Part shown: positions 27,801-38,534 of the stretch, piece after piece
How positions within the stretch are numbered: position 1 is the stretch's first letter
Layout of the letters: every line of letters starts with the position of its first letter
Source: Laetmonice hystrix
Lineage: Eukaryota
Assembly: GCA_965235115.1 (NCBI GenBank)
Contig: OZ249436.1
Location: 16,370,001 to 16,434,000, forward strand
DNA length: 64,000 bases
Direction of reading: 5' to 3'
The notes under the pieces: generated by a model
Database searches by the model: none
What the model was told of the DNA's origin: nothing
Seen by the model: only the letters and a program-made list of their open reading frames with translations
Position numbers and translations under genes: made by a program

Positions 27801-30800
27801 TTTGTCTGTGGACTGAGGGAGACTCACCTTGGTGTGCCCTGGGACTGACTGCTAGGGGAACTATTTGTCTGTGGACTGAGGGAGACTCACCTTGGTGTGC
27901 CCTTGGACTGACTGCTGGAGGAACTACTTGTCTGTGGACTGAGGGAGACTCACCTTGGTGTGCCCTGGGACTGACTGCTGGAGGAACTACTTGTCTGTGG
28001 ACTGAGGGAGACTCACCTTGGTGTGCCCTGGGACTGACTGCTGGAGGAACTACTTGTCTGTGGACTGAGGGAGACTCACCTTGGTGTGCCCTGGGACTGA
28101 CTGCTGGAGCAACTATTTGTCTGTGGACTGAGGGAGACTCACCTTGGTGTGCCCTGGGACTGACTGCTGGGGGAACTACTTGTCTGTGGACTGAGGGAGA
28201 CTCACCTTGGTGTGCCCTGGGACTGACTGCTGGAGGAACTATTTGTCTGTGGACTGAGGGAGACTCACCTTGGTGTGCCCTGGGACTGACTGCTGGAGGA
28301 ACTACTTGTCTGTGGACTGAGGGAGACTCACCTTGGTGTGCCCTGGGACTGACTGCTGGGGGAACTATTTGTCTGTGGACTGAGGGAGACTCACCTTGGT
28401 GTGCCCTGGGACTGACTGCTGGAGGAACTTTTTGTCTGTGGACTGAGGGAGACTCACCTTGGTGTGCCCTGGGACTGACTGCTGGGGGAACTATTTGTCT
28501 GTGGACTGAGGGAGACTCACCTTGGTGTGCCCTGGGACTGACTGCTGGAGGAACTACTTGTCTGTGGACTGAGGGAGACTCACCTTGGTGTGCCCTGGGA
28601 CTGACTGCTGGGGGAACTACTTGTCTGTGGACTGAGGGTGACTCAGCTTGGTGTGCCCTGGGACTGACTGCTGGAGGAACTACTTGTCTGTGGACTGAGG
28701 GAGACTCACCTTGGTGTGCCCTGGGACTGACTGCTGGAGGAACTATTTGTCTGTGGACTGAGGGAGACTCACCTTGGTGTGCCCTGGGACTGACTGCTGG
28801 GGGAACTATTTGTCTGTGGACTGAGGGAGACTCACCTTGGTGTGCCCTGGGACTGACTGCTGGAGGAACTACTTGTCTGTGGACTGAGGGAGACTCACCT
28901 TGGTGTGCCCTGGGACTGACTGCTGGAGGAACTACTTGTAAGTGAACTGAGAGCGCTGAGTGCTGAGCTGACATCACCTCCACGTGGGCTGGGACTCATG
29001 TGGCTGCAACCTACAACGATATGTCACTCACATATGATGCCTTTCTAACAGGTAGAATTTTTGTAATGCAATAATTTGGAATTATAAGTTGAGGATATTT
29101 TAAAGAGATGTACCTGGAAGTGGCCACATTGGGGGTTGAACGTCTGACCTTCGCTGAATGACTTGTCCGTGACCTTCAGTGTCGCTGACGACTGCAGTCG
29201 ATGCCTCACTGATCCCTCCACCTCCCTCACTCTCACTGTCCCAAGAAAATGATGACAATGAAAATTTAAATAAACATTGTGCTAGAAACATTCTGGCTTC
29301 TCCTAAAATGACAGCTCCAGAATGGAAGACTTTCATGAATTTCTACAACGAGAACTAAAAATAACTCTCCAAATTATGAAATACACCTGGCCATTTTGTA
29401 CCTGGGACTTTCTTCACGTCTCCCTGCAGGTGAAGGATCTTGGTATGAGGAGGGGTCACCGGGGTGCACACCTGTATCAGAACGCTCTTCTGGGAGAAAT
29501 AAAGGCATAAACTATATGCCTTTGCAACAGCCAGGGTGATATCAAAGTGGTCTGTTTTACTGGTGGATGACACTGAAGTATCCCAGGAAAAACTGACCTT
29601 ACAGCAGGTAACTGTCAAACCTTACAGACGTTAACTGTCAAACCTTACAGAGGTAACTGTCAAACCTTACAGTCAGTAACTGTCAAACCTTACAGCAGGG
29701 CCCCCCTCAAAAACATAACAAAAGGAACAGTCTCTTAATCAAAGCCATATTTTAAATTATCAAGTCATTGGAAGATTTATTTGGTCTTTCAGTGTCTCCA
29801 GCCACTGCTTTACACATCCAATCATTGCTTTCACTGACCTTGCAGCTGGTGGTGGCTGACAAATGGTGAAGGAATTTGACTAGGGGGAGTCACAGCACTT
29901 GCTGAAGGTCTCACCAATGGAGGAACAAGTCCAGTGCTGAAGAAATAAACATAAAATAATTCACATCTCTACCTCAGCCATGTATAATAGTAAACATAAT
30001 TTCAATAGGTCCTACTTAACTCATCTACAATAATAAACATAAGAGATTTTATATTGGGACTATACCTGTGTACTAAAATAAATATAACGAATTCAATACA
30101 TAACCCATGCACAATAATAAAAATTACATCAAAATTGCTAGGTCATCGGTCATAGGCAGGCCATTGGTCACATAAGATTGTGTTTCTGCCCAAGCCAACC
30201 ACCACAAAGATAATGCAACAAAATGAATCCATGGTCAAGTGCATAATTCAGCTATTATACAGATCCATTCTGTGTAAAAGATTATCTCGTTTTTATGTAG
30301 AATATCACTTCCTCCAGACTAAAGGTATGTATCACCTACTGTTATATCACAATCTCTAGACTAAAGGTACATGTACATATATTACCTCCTGTTATCACAA
30401 TCTCCAGACTAAAGGTATATACAGTCAGACCTCTCTAATCCGGACATATTGGTGCCCCATTAATTTTGTCCGGATGTCGAATTGTCCGGATTAGAGAACG
30501 ACCTACTTTATGCCGATTACACTGCCACCTAGTGGCCAGGTGCATTACCGACTACACTGCCACCTAGTGGCCAGAAGCATTGCAGGTAGCTCCACCTGTG
30601 GATTTACATATAAGAAATAGGGGGGTCAGAGGTTTCTCTGTTAGTTGCAGTGAATGCATCGGGGTCCTAGAAATATAGATTAAAGAATAAGAAAGAAACA
30701 ATGTAACAATACAAAAATTATATCTTTGTGAAAGTACTTTAGGACGTCCATGAGCTTATCACAGGTGTCGGAGGCATTGGGCTGGTGAAGTAGGTAGCTA

Positions 30801-33739
30801 GCAGGGCCGTAGCCTGCGGGGGGGGGGGCAGCGGCCCCCCCCCCCTGGGATTTTCAGTTTTTTGTGTTTTTTTTAACCCACACCCCGGGCCAGCTCGACC
30901 GGCGCAATGACGCGCTATCACTTGGCAGGCCTACTGCCCCCCCCCCCCCCCCCCAGGCATTTGGGCCAGGCTACGGCCCTGGCTAGGGTGGTCTTGATCC
31001 CCTGGCGGGCCTCACGTATGGTTGGTGGCGTATCAGCTTGTTCTTCATCAACCTCGGTCTCCTCATCACTGTCAACCTCAACCTCAGAGGTCGTTGACAA
31101 GTGAAGAGAAGCTTGCTGGCATCTCGTATTTATCCAGAATTGGCGCAAAAGGTGTGATGACCGTTATGACGGCTTCATTCAAGGTGTTAGTCTTTGAGGC
31201 CATCATTGCAAAGAGGTGAGGTCGGCTACCTCAGGCTTTAAGAAAGGTGTGAGCCTTTGCGGCTCAGAAAGTACAGGCGTCTTTGATTGTGGTGTCAATG
31301 AGTTACAGTTGGGGTGTCATCTCCTAATAGAGGTGTTCGGCCACATACCAGGTGTAACTGTGAAAAAACTTGAAGAACTGGGGAGGCCAAGTCCCTCTGA
31401 CTGACCTTGCTCCCATGTGTAGTGATAACATTCTTTGAAGTGACCCACCGTTGACCCCCCCCCCCCCCACCCACCCACCCACCCCGTCTGTACAACCCTC
31501 TGGCAAGGCTGGCCCGCCCCGCCGTCCGCTAACATTCACCATGCCCCCAGCCTGACCAGGCATCAGCCTACTTGGGGGACGGTTTAGAGAGGCATTTTAC
31601 ATGCTAAAGAGGAGATTTGTTCTCAGTGTTGCCTGTCCGGATCCGGATCCGGAAACCGAGACATCCGGATTAAAGTAGACAAAATGACTTGAATAAGATT
31701 TGTTCCCAGAGAAAATGGTCCGGATGTCGATTCATCCGGATTAGAGAGGTCCGGATTAGAGAGGTCTGACTGTATTACCTCCTGTTATCACAATCTCAAG
31801 ACTAAAGGTATTATAATATTACCCACTGTTATATCACAATCTCTAGACTAAAGGTACATTACCTCTTGTTATCACAATCTCTAGACTAAAGATAACAGCA
31901 CTTTTATATTTCATTCTCCAGGCTTATGTATATCTGACTTACTGAACAACCTTCCAGCGAAACACATATATATTCAGGGCTCGACGTTAGGCATTGATCT
32001 GTGGACCAAATTTACTAAAAATTGGTCCGGTCCAGTGCTGGCGCTGAGGGACGGGACCAAGCAGTCCAGTCATTCCGAAGAGAGGTTTTATTAAAAATCT
32101 TGTCTATCCTACCACAGGTCCTCGTCTTCGTCATAAATATATTGCTATTTTAGCCATGGTGGAGACATTCTTTGATAGAGGCCTGTAACCATGCCTTTGT
32201 TTGTCATTTTGGCACCACTTCCTGTGGTGTTCTTTTGTGATGTATTAGAATTTAAAACCGGTCCAGTGACAGTGTCTCTGGTCCAGCTCTCATACCAAAC
32301 CATTGGACTAGGAGTTCCAGTGGTAAAAATTTATAATTTCGGGCCCTGATATTACCTGCTGTTCCCACTACTAGGTGGTGTTTCTTCCACTGCTTCTTCC
32401 TCATGCTCTTCAGAGTCCGATTCGTCATCAGTATCATGGTTACCACGGTCGCCGCCACCACCCCCTCCACCTCCTGTCCCCCCAGCACCGGTCCCACCTC
32501 CTTGATCAACACCTCCGCCATCGCCACCATTTCCTCCAAGTGCACCAGCCTCCGACCTACCTGGTTGCTGTCCAGCTAAACAAAGGACACATCCCACCAA
32601 TTAAGCTTACAGACAGGGTCGGGGGCAAATACAACTTTTCAAATACAAATTAATACAATAAATACAGTATTTATTTAAAATTTCGAATACTTTAAATATA
32701 AGGCCAATACTGTATTTAAATTTTCAATCAAATAAAATTATTTTGTCTTCAAATGCAAATATTTTAGGTTTTGGACGGAACACTAGAATATTATACACAA
32801 ATATTTTCATCCATTTTTGTTTAAAAATTCGAATGACAAACATCATAAAATATTTTTGTACAATGATACATAAATCGCCATCACACTTTTATGAGAAATG
32901 TTAAATGGGCTGTTCTGAAGAACTCATAGTTTTTAAAGTTCAATAAAGTAACCACTATGTCATGTATGCCTAAGACAACATTCTGTGATTTTATATAAGA
33001 TTTTATTTGGTCCCATTGTGTATTCATTTGTATTCTTATGCTGCAGTTAGTTTTCTGATATTCTTTTATACAACTGGTAAAACAAGACATCACAAATTAA
33101 TGTCCATGATCTAAAAACCTTGAAAACCACTGACCAATAAGACCAGCACCTTTAAGTTTACATGAGTTATAAAGAAACCTATCTGTATTCATCCATTATC
33201 TGTAGTAAGTGGTTAGCTTTAGGTATTTTTGTGCATCATGCCACGGGAGTGGTTGGGGGCCAAAAATCTTCAAACTAAAACAAAGTTCTCCAAGTTTACC
33301 TGGTGGCTGCTGATCAGCTGGTTTCTCCTTCTCATCACTGCTGCCAGCCTGCTGCCTCATCACTGACCTCAGTCCGACAACTCGTTTCATTTTTGAACTC
33401 CCTGGTGAAAGACTAATTCCCTGTTGAGTCTTGGCTTTCTGTCTCTGCAAATGTCAGTTATCTTCGAGAAGTCACAATGCCAGCTTATCTTTCTAACTGG
33501 CAGAGCATTTACTTTTTATTTAAAAGAAACTAAATAAGTATCTATCATATTTACTTTTTCAAAACAAAATAATGAGAAACAGAATAGGATCTGCCTAGTA
33601 GGTCTGCCGTTACCTTCTTGGAACCAGTTTGATTGAGAGCAGGAAGCTTTTGAAGCATCTTGACTCTGTCATCAATAACTTGCGATTCTTCTCCTTGGGA
33701 AGTGGCGACCATGAAACACAGGCTCTCACAGCTGTCCAT
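6864..33739 (-). CDS. TP53BP1: TP53-binding protein 1 (53BP1) orthologue, about 2500 aa. Exons 5'->3': 33614-33739, 33300-33444, 32356-32575, 29839-29936, 29402-29489, 29114-29235, 28899-29010, 26013-26341, 25470-25575, 25183-25274, 24812-24978, 24551-24694, 24014-24215, 22596-22712, 22005-22163, 21276-21462, 20938-21038, 20475-20595, 19214-20375, 18767-19030, 18122-18256, 14664-15750, 14233-14284, 13896-13975, 13413-13695, 12968-13107, 12515-12791, 11985-12094, 11571-11828, 11149-11241, 9803-10090, 9069-9160, 8739-8864, 8104-8177, 7256-7380, 6864-7069
   Basis: N-terminus MDSCESLCFMVATSQGEESQVIDD resembles the 53BP1 S25/S29 region. Also many SQ/TQ sites, GRGRVRG (GAR-like), Tudor 'FALWKDRFFYPG..FADGD', UDR 'ADVSLDNLMPGKRRR', BRCT1 'LFQGLGFLLT..PFDKDHLEAQVRAGGG..RTLKYFQCLAAG..SHVWIRDSC' and BRCT2 'LPVVSSEWVIQSLITG'. 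The exon chain stays in frame throughout. Boundaries in the low-complexity middle exons (e.g. donors at 26013, 14664, 19214) are less certain. Confidence 0.9.
7664..8041. mobile_element. Tc1/mariner-type MITE
   Basis: TA|CAGGGTGTCC ... GGATACCCTG|TA, with long imperfect inverted arms (aggcaacct..., tcttacatgaaaaa..., catcaaaat...). Confidence 0.85.
9240..9520. repeat. Intronic minisatellite, 35 bp x 8
   Basis: tataccctgaaccagtgggccacagacaattaaaa. Confidence 0.92.
10115..11100. repeat. Intronic minisatellite, about 60 bp x 16
   Basis: caactagagggcagagaacaggtcgccaaccatgggggagttgggaacaggtcaacca. Confidence 0.92.
12265..12452 (-). mobile_element. tRNA-derived SINE copy, internally deleted; a related fragment lies at about 29513-29625
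   Basis: The minus strand starts ggaggcctcagTGGCTCAGTGGtctaag (A box), has a core ggtggttttctgcgggatactttgctttcatccacc and a tail ggcataaaaccccaaccaaatacaaa. A second diverged copy lies in another intron. Confidence 0.65.
15850..18047. repeat. Intronic minisatellite, 37-bp unit with occasional extra 15-bp subunit, about 2.2 kb
   Basis: ccatacagtttacacactccacccacctcatcctgaa. Confidence 0.95.
19955..20270 (-). repeat. Coding tandem repeat in TP53BP1, 57 bp (19 aa RKTVTSDPDSGVTVDRDGN) x about 5
   Basis: In frame within exon 19214-20375. Confidence 0.85.
21614..21823. mobile_element. hAT-like MITE with 6-bp TSD
   Basis: CCGGTG|CAGGCCTGATTTTAAG ... CTTAATTTCAGGCCTG|CCGGTG. Confidence 0.8.
23050..23755. 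mobile_element. Probable non-autonomous DNA element remnant
   Basis: Clustered aaaatct motifs on the left and inverted agatttt motifs on the right. The right end is ...ttttgggccaccata. The left terminus was not identified. Confidence 0.45.
26534..28938 (-). repeat. Tandem repeat, 63 bp x about 38, copying the end of TP53BP1 exon 28899-29010 and its donor CAAG|GTGAGT
   Basis: Minus-strand unit gtgagtctccctcag-tccacagacaa(g/a)tagttcc(t/c)ccagcagtcagtcccagggcacaccaag. The reading frame resumes at 26341 in phase 2. Confidence 0.95.
30422..31772 (-). mobile_element. pogo/Tigger-like (Tc1/mariner superfamily) deletion derivative
   Basis: TA|CAGTCAGACCTCTCTAATCCGGAC ... GTCCGGATTAGAGAGGTCTGACTG|TA. 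An internal remnant 'EVEVDSDEETEVDEEQADTPPTIREARQGIKT' resembles a Tigger transposase C-terminus. It splits a pre-existing minisatellite (30300-30420 / 31773-31890). Confidence 0.85.
30802..30981. mobile_element. hAT-like MITE with 5-bp TSD, nested in the pogo-like element
   Basis: GCTAG|CAGGGCCGTAGCCTG ... CAGGCTACGGCCCTG|GCTAG. Confidence 0.85.
31975..32348. mobile_element. hAT-like MITE with 5-bp TSD
   Basis: ATATT|CAGGGCTCGAC ... TTCGGGCCCTG|ATATT, with internal ggacc/ccagt motifs. Confidence 0.7.
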
Positions 33740-34036
33740 TATTACTGTCGACTTGCCATATCTGAATATAAAATTCTACTTACTAGTCTATATACAGCTA
33801 GATTCAAGACACCAGAATCAACTTTACAAAGTCCCCCCTACATAAATTTAATTCAACATTTTCACCAAGCCCTCACCCTACAAATGTCTGCTTCTTAAAA
33901 CACACCATCAGATGAGCTTGACTCCAACTTAGTGGAGGAGACACCTATCTCGATGACTGAGTGTTTTTACTCCTAACTTAATCCGGGGGGGGGGGGAGGA
34001 GGGGGCACATAGATCAGTGACAGGAGTGTCTATTTG

Positions 34037-37000
34037 GAAGTATAGTCAATGCGTCCGATCGCCAAAGTGTCCGACGAGTCAATGTGTCCGGGGGCTAGTC
34101 AAAGTGCCCGATGTGAAAAGTCAAAGTGTCCGAGGTCGTTAGTCAAAGTGTCCGTGGTCGTTAGTCAAAGTGTCCGAGGTCGTTAGTCAAAGTGTCCGAG
34201 ACGTTGGTCAAAGTGTAAGAGCAGATTACCATACATAATCATAAATTGGTCGTTAGTCAAAGTGTCCGAGGTCGTTAGTCAAAGTGTCCGAGACGTTGGT
34301 CAAAGTGTAAGAGCAGATTACCGTCGCCTATATCACAATCAAGGTCAAAAAAACGAATTTATAGTGTTACAATTTTGAAATGTTCCCTATACTTTCTGAT
34401 TAATTTATGTCCCCAATAGATTCATCATTAACAGGGCTTCAAAATAAAAAAAGAATGATGAAAATCGGACCATAAATAAAAAAGTTGTAGTATTTAGAAC
34501 ACTAATTATGAGCTTAATTTTCATGTTACGGCGGGGTCAAAAGAAAAATGCACCAAGTTTAAAACCCAGGAAATTATATTTCTTGCCCCATATGTATACC
34601 TGTAATTGATTAATCTTATTCTAGTTGTGCTTTCTAGTTATTTTTTTAGGAATGTCACATAAAGAAAAAAACTATTGTATTGACAAGTGGCCAATGAAGA
34701 AAAGATGGCCTTTGTTACAAAAATTTACATTTTGAAGCAGATTTATATAAAAAGTGTTCTCAGTATAACATAACTGAAGATTTTACTTCAATTATACAGT
34801 TAAAATATTGTAAAGAAGTCAGGAATATAGCAAAACCTAAGATAATGATATAGTATTGGATTTTGTTCGATATGAATATTGCCCGATCAGAGGTAAAATC
34901 TTGTCCGAAAAATCTTGTAGTGTACGTACCCCACTCACAGAATATAATATAAACAATGTACAACTGTTATTGACATATCACCACATAGGCCTTGGTACTG
35001 TCATTACTCCCTTGAATTATTGTTGATGTGAACGCATTATTTGATTCTCAAGCACATGACAAGTGTCTGGGTGTAGTGTACGTACCCCCTGTAGTGTACG
35101 TACCCCCATTATCATACAAGAAGCCAAACTGATTCTATAAATAAAATACTGGTGCTTATTACAGGGAAAAATGTTCAAAGGATGATTTACTGTCTAGTTA
35201 TAACTTCCTAAAAGAAAAGCAGCACACAGTGAGCCTTGATGAATCTGATTTTTAATAATCGTCATCTTTGCTGGGTGGGGGTACGTACACTACTCGGAGA
35301 TGCCACTTTTTGGTCCAGAGTTTCTTTTTTAAATTGTAAGGAAACATTTCAGGTTTAATTAAGTCTGATTTTTTTATATATATGAGATCCTTTTATTTAT
35401 TACCTTATATTTAATTAGTCACTCAGCCAATCTCTCATGCAATATTCCCTCCCTGACTCTATTATGCAAACTATCTCATCCCATTTGCTACTCGGTCAGC
35501 CTACCCGATACAGGACCCTGTCACTGACAGGCTGCTTAGCTCAGTGCCTTCAGGGTCAGTCTTTCGCCCCAACCTTAAAGCATAGAACTGGACAGCAGGG
35601 TCAGTCTAGTTCTATACTCAAAGTAATCTTGAAATTGATTATTACTGGTAGCTTGTTGATACTTATTGGCTGAAATTTGTTCAGCTCTTTCAGCTGGCCA
35701 AAGCCCAGGGCAAGGCTTTACAGAGGTGACAAACAGACTGAAACAGTGCCAGTGGTATTGTTAGTGAAGTCACAATAAGGATAGTACAACTGTGTCATCA
35801 CAATACCATTATGACACTGACAGGTTGCACTGACGGATACGTTTTCTATCACACTCTGTCAGACGTTCCTGCTGTGACTCTAATCCATTTTTTAAACATC
35901 GATTATTTGTAGTTTAGCCCGAACCATCACTTTAAGATGGCAATGCTTTTCCTACTCATGGTTACTTCAAATCATGTAATTTCAAAAACAATTTAAGGTC
36001 AGTGACGTAGGAGGGGGGAGCAGGTGGGTCCACCTTTTAAATCACCCCAGAGAAATACCGAAATCTAACCTAAATACGAAAATTACGTTGAGAAATACCG
36101 AAATCCAATCTAAATACCGAAACCACCGTTGAGAAATACCGAAATCCAACCTAAATACCGAAACCACCATTGAGAAATTTATACCGAAATCCAATCTAAA
36201 TACTGAAATTACCATTGAGAAATACCGAAATCCAACCTAAATACTGAAATCACCGTTGAGAAATACCAAAATCCAACCTAAATACTGAAATCACCGTTGA
36301 GAAATACCAAAATCCAACTTAAATATCGAAATCACCCCAGAGAAATACCAAAATCCACTCTAAATACTGAAATCCTCCCCCAGAAATACTAAAATCCAAC
36401 CAAAACGCCGAAATCACCTAAAGAGTAAAGTTGAGAAATGCCGAAATCCAACCTAAATACCGAAATCACGTGTTTTACTAAGGCACTGACTGTTTGGCAG
36501 GCTGTAACTTTTTTTTTAATTTGGCGACCCCCAATTTTTCTTGTTTTAAACTATTAGTCCTGATCCTCTTTGTCTTGTCAGTGAGTTTCAGTAGAAAATC
36601 AGTGGTCATTTTTTAACTATTAGTCAAAATGTCTGAAAAATCTCGTTTTTCCCATTGAAACCTATAGTAAAGACCCATTTTTTATGGAGGCCTGTATAAA
36701 AAAATATAATTCGGTGACATGTGATTTTTTTGTTTCTTTGTACTCCTAAGGACAAAGGCTATCCCCCATAAAAATATTTTGAAAATTCTAGTGGTCGATT
36801 CGAACACTCACATTTCTCTTTAAATAAAGTATTACCAACAATACACGCTGTAGTGTACGTACCCCCAATAGACTCAATTGTACTGAGTAATAGTATTGAC
36901 TCAAGTTTTCAATACTAGTACTGACAAGAAATGTAACTTACATTTATGGCTTTCTCTGTATAACACAGGTTTATACTTTGTTTAAATGACATTATTTTAT

Positions 37001-37687
37001 ATGTAGACTGAACGTTTCAAGTATCGAGCTGTTTGAAATTAATAAATTAGAAACGAGTTCAATGATGCGAATGATGAGAATGATGAGAATATTATCATCT
37101 TAAGAACAGCTGTTGTGAATTATGTTTTAAATGGCCTGCACATATTTAAGCACTGTAAATTGAATAACCTCATGCCAAAATTACCAAGGTATCTGCTATA
37201 TTTTGTTTATATGGATATTAATGTATATAGATGTAGTGTACGTACCCCCTCCCAAACATTACTATGCTTTCCCTGCCCTATCTCGGCCCACCAATGTTCT
37301 TGTGCTCTGAAATTTTACACTGGTCACCCCAAGATACTTCTTATTATGACAAGAGTGTTCAAAAAGTTCCATTTCAATTTTCATTTTCGACCTGAAGTGA
37401 CCCCTATTTTGGACCTTGATTGTGATATAGGCGCATACATAATCATAAATGAATAAATCCGACTATAAAAACTGGCTGCGCTTAGGCCTAGGTCCGGCAG
37501 GTGAGCCAGGGTTCGTGCTGCCCGCCCGGGCCTGACTGGGCCTGAACCCCGGGCCCACGGCCTTTGGACCCGCGGACACTTTGACTCCTATCGCCGGACA
37601 CTTTGACTCAAACTGCGGACACATTGACTCAAGCGGCGGACACATTGACTCGGACGCTTTTACCGTCGGACGCTTTGACCAACCCCC
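34037..37687. mobile_element. Foldback/Mutator-like non-autonomous element with 8-bp TSD
   Basis: TCTATTTG flanks both ends (34029-34036, 37688-37695). Tandem agtcaaagtgtccg motifs on the left are mirrored by cggacactttgact on the right. Confidence 0.75.
34325..37433. mobile_element. Unclassified 3.1-kb TIR element nested in the previous one
   Basis: TIR CGCCTATATCACAATCAAGGTC / GACCTTGATTGTGATATAGGCG. Dispersed gtagtgtacgtacccc motifs and an internal 41-bp minisatellite (36050-36470). An uninterrupted copy of the target site lies at 34221-34246. Confidence 0.8.
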
Positions 37688-38239
37688 TCTATTTGACCAG
37701 CGGCTGGCTAAATAAGGGGGGTACGAGTTTGACTGAATACTGTCGCATAACATAGTTAGAGTCTCCCTCAGTCAACAGACAAGGTTAGGGTAGGATAGGG
37801 TTAGCATTAGCTAGTAATAGTAGTATTACCACTGCATAGACGTGATTAATATAATCAGCGTTATTGAATATTGTTGATGTGGCTTGTGGGCCGTATGGGG
37901 AGAGTTTATCAAATGGGACGGTTTTCTTCTGGTTCAATGCCAATTTCAAACCACTGTCGTGATTTCTACTTACAATAAAATGCCCCTGTTAATCAAAATG
38001 TGCATAGATTTCAAACAGCCTCAGCCATCAGACCAGTGACAGTGGTCGTATGTCTGCGAGTGTGACTGTGAGTAGACGAATCGAAGTGAGAACAACATCA
38101 CACCGATCAGACAGCCATCACACATCGAGACATGCCTAGATTTTGCGGTTCTAGTAAAGCGTCGCAGCGTTACACAACGCAGGCCATGATGTTTAATGTC
38201 GCATCAATATATGCTTATTTACGAGTAGGTTCCCGTAGG

Positions 38240-38420
38240 TTTCTTACCACGACCAGTGATCTCCCGGCCAGTGTAATCGGGTTCTCTTCTAGTTGTGCTG
38301 TTACCACAAGTCGGAGTGCCAACCAATGATGGCGCCACACTGAAATCACGCGAGCTGAAATGTGTCACGAGACTTTACGATAGTTCAAAGTACGGCGCCA
38401 CAACACGAGGTGGCGACACT
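38240..38420 (-). promoter_or_regulatory. Candidate TP53BP1 promoter / non-coding first exon
   Basis: Unique CpG-richer DNA with CCAAT, tggcgcca motifs and a minus-strand donor-like GTG|GTAAGA near 38247. The ATG exon has an upstream acceptor, which implies a 5' UTR exon. Inference only. Confidence 0.3.
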
Positions 38421-38534
38421 GAGGTCCTTGTGGGGGTGGCAGGTAGGCTAGTATTAGTCATATGGTATAGTTATTAGGCCCCTATATACCCCACCTGCCT
38501 GTATAGTGATTAGGCCCATATATACCCCACCTAC

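Noticed and set aside
26390..28983. 851-aa (+) and 821-aa (-) ORFs
   Set aside because: Both come from a stop-free 63-bp repeat. The minus ORF is not in the TP53BP1 frame (it has an upstream TGA), and the gene splices across the array in phase.
36000..36488. hAT-like element CAGTGACGTAG...CTAAGGCACTG around the 41-bp repeat
   Set aside because: The TIR match is weak and there is no TSD.
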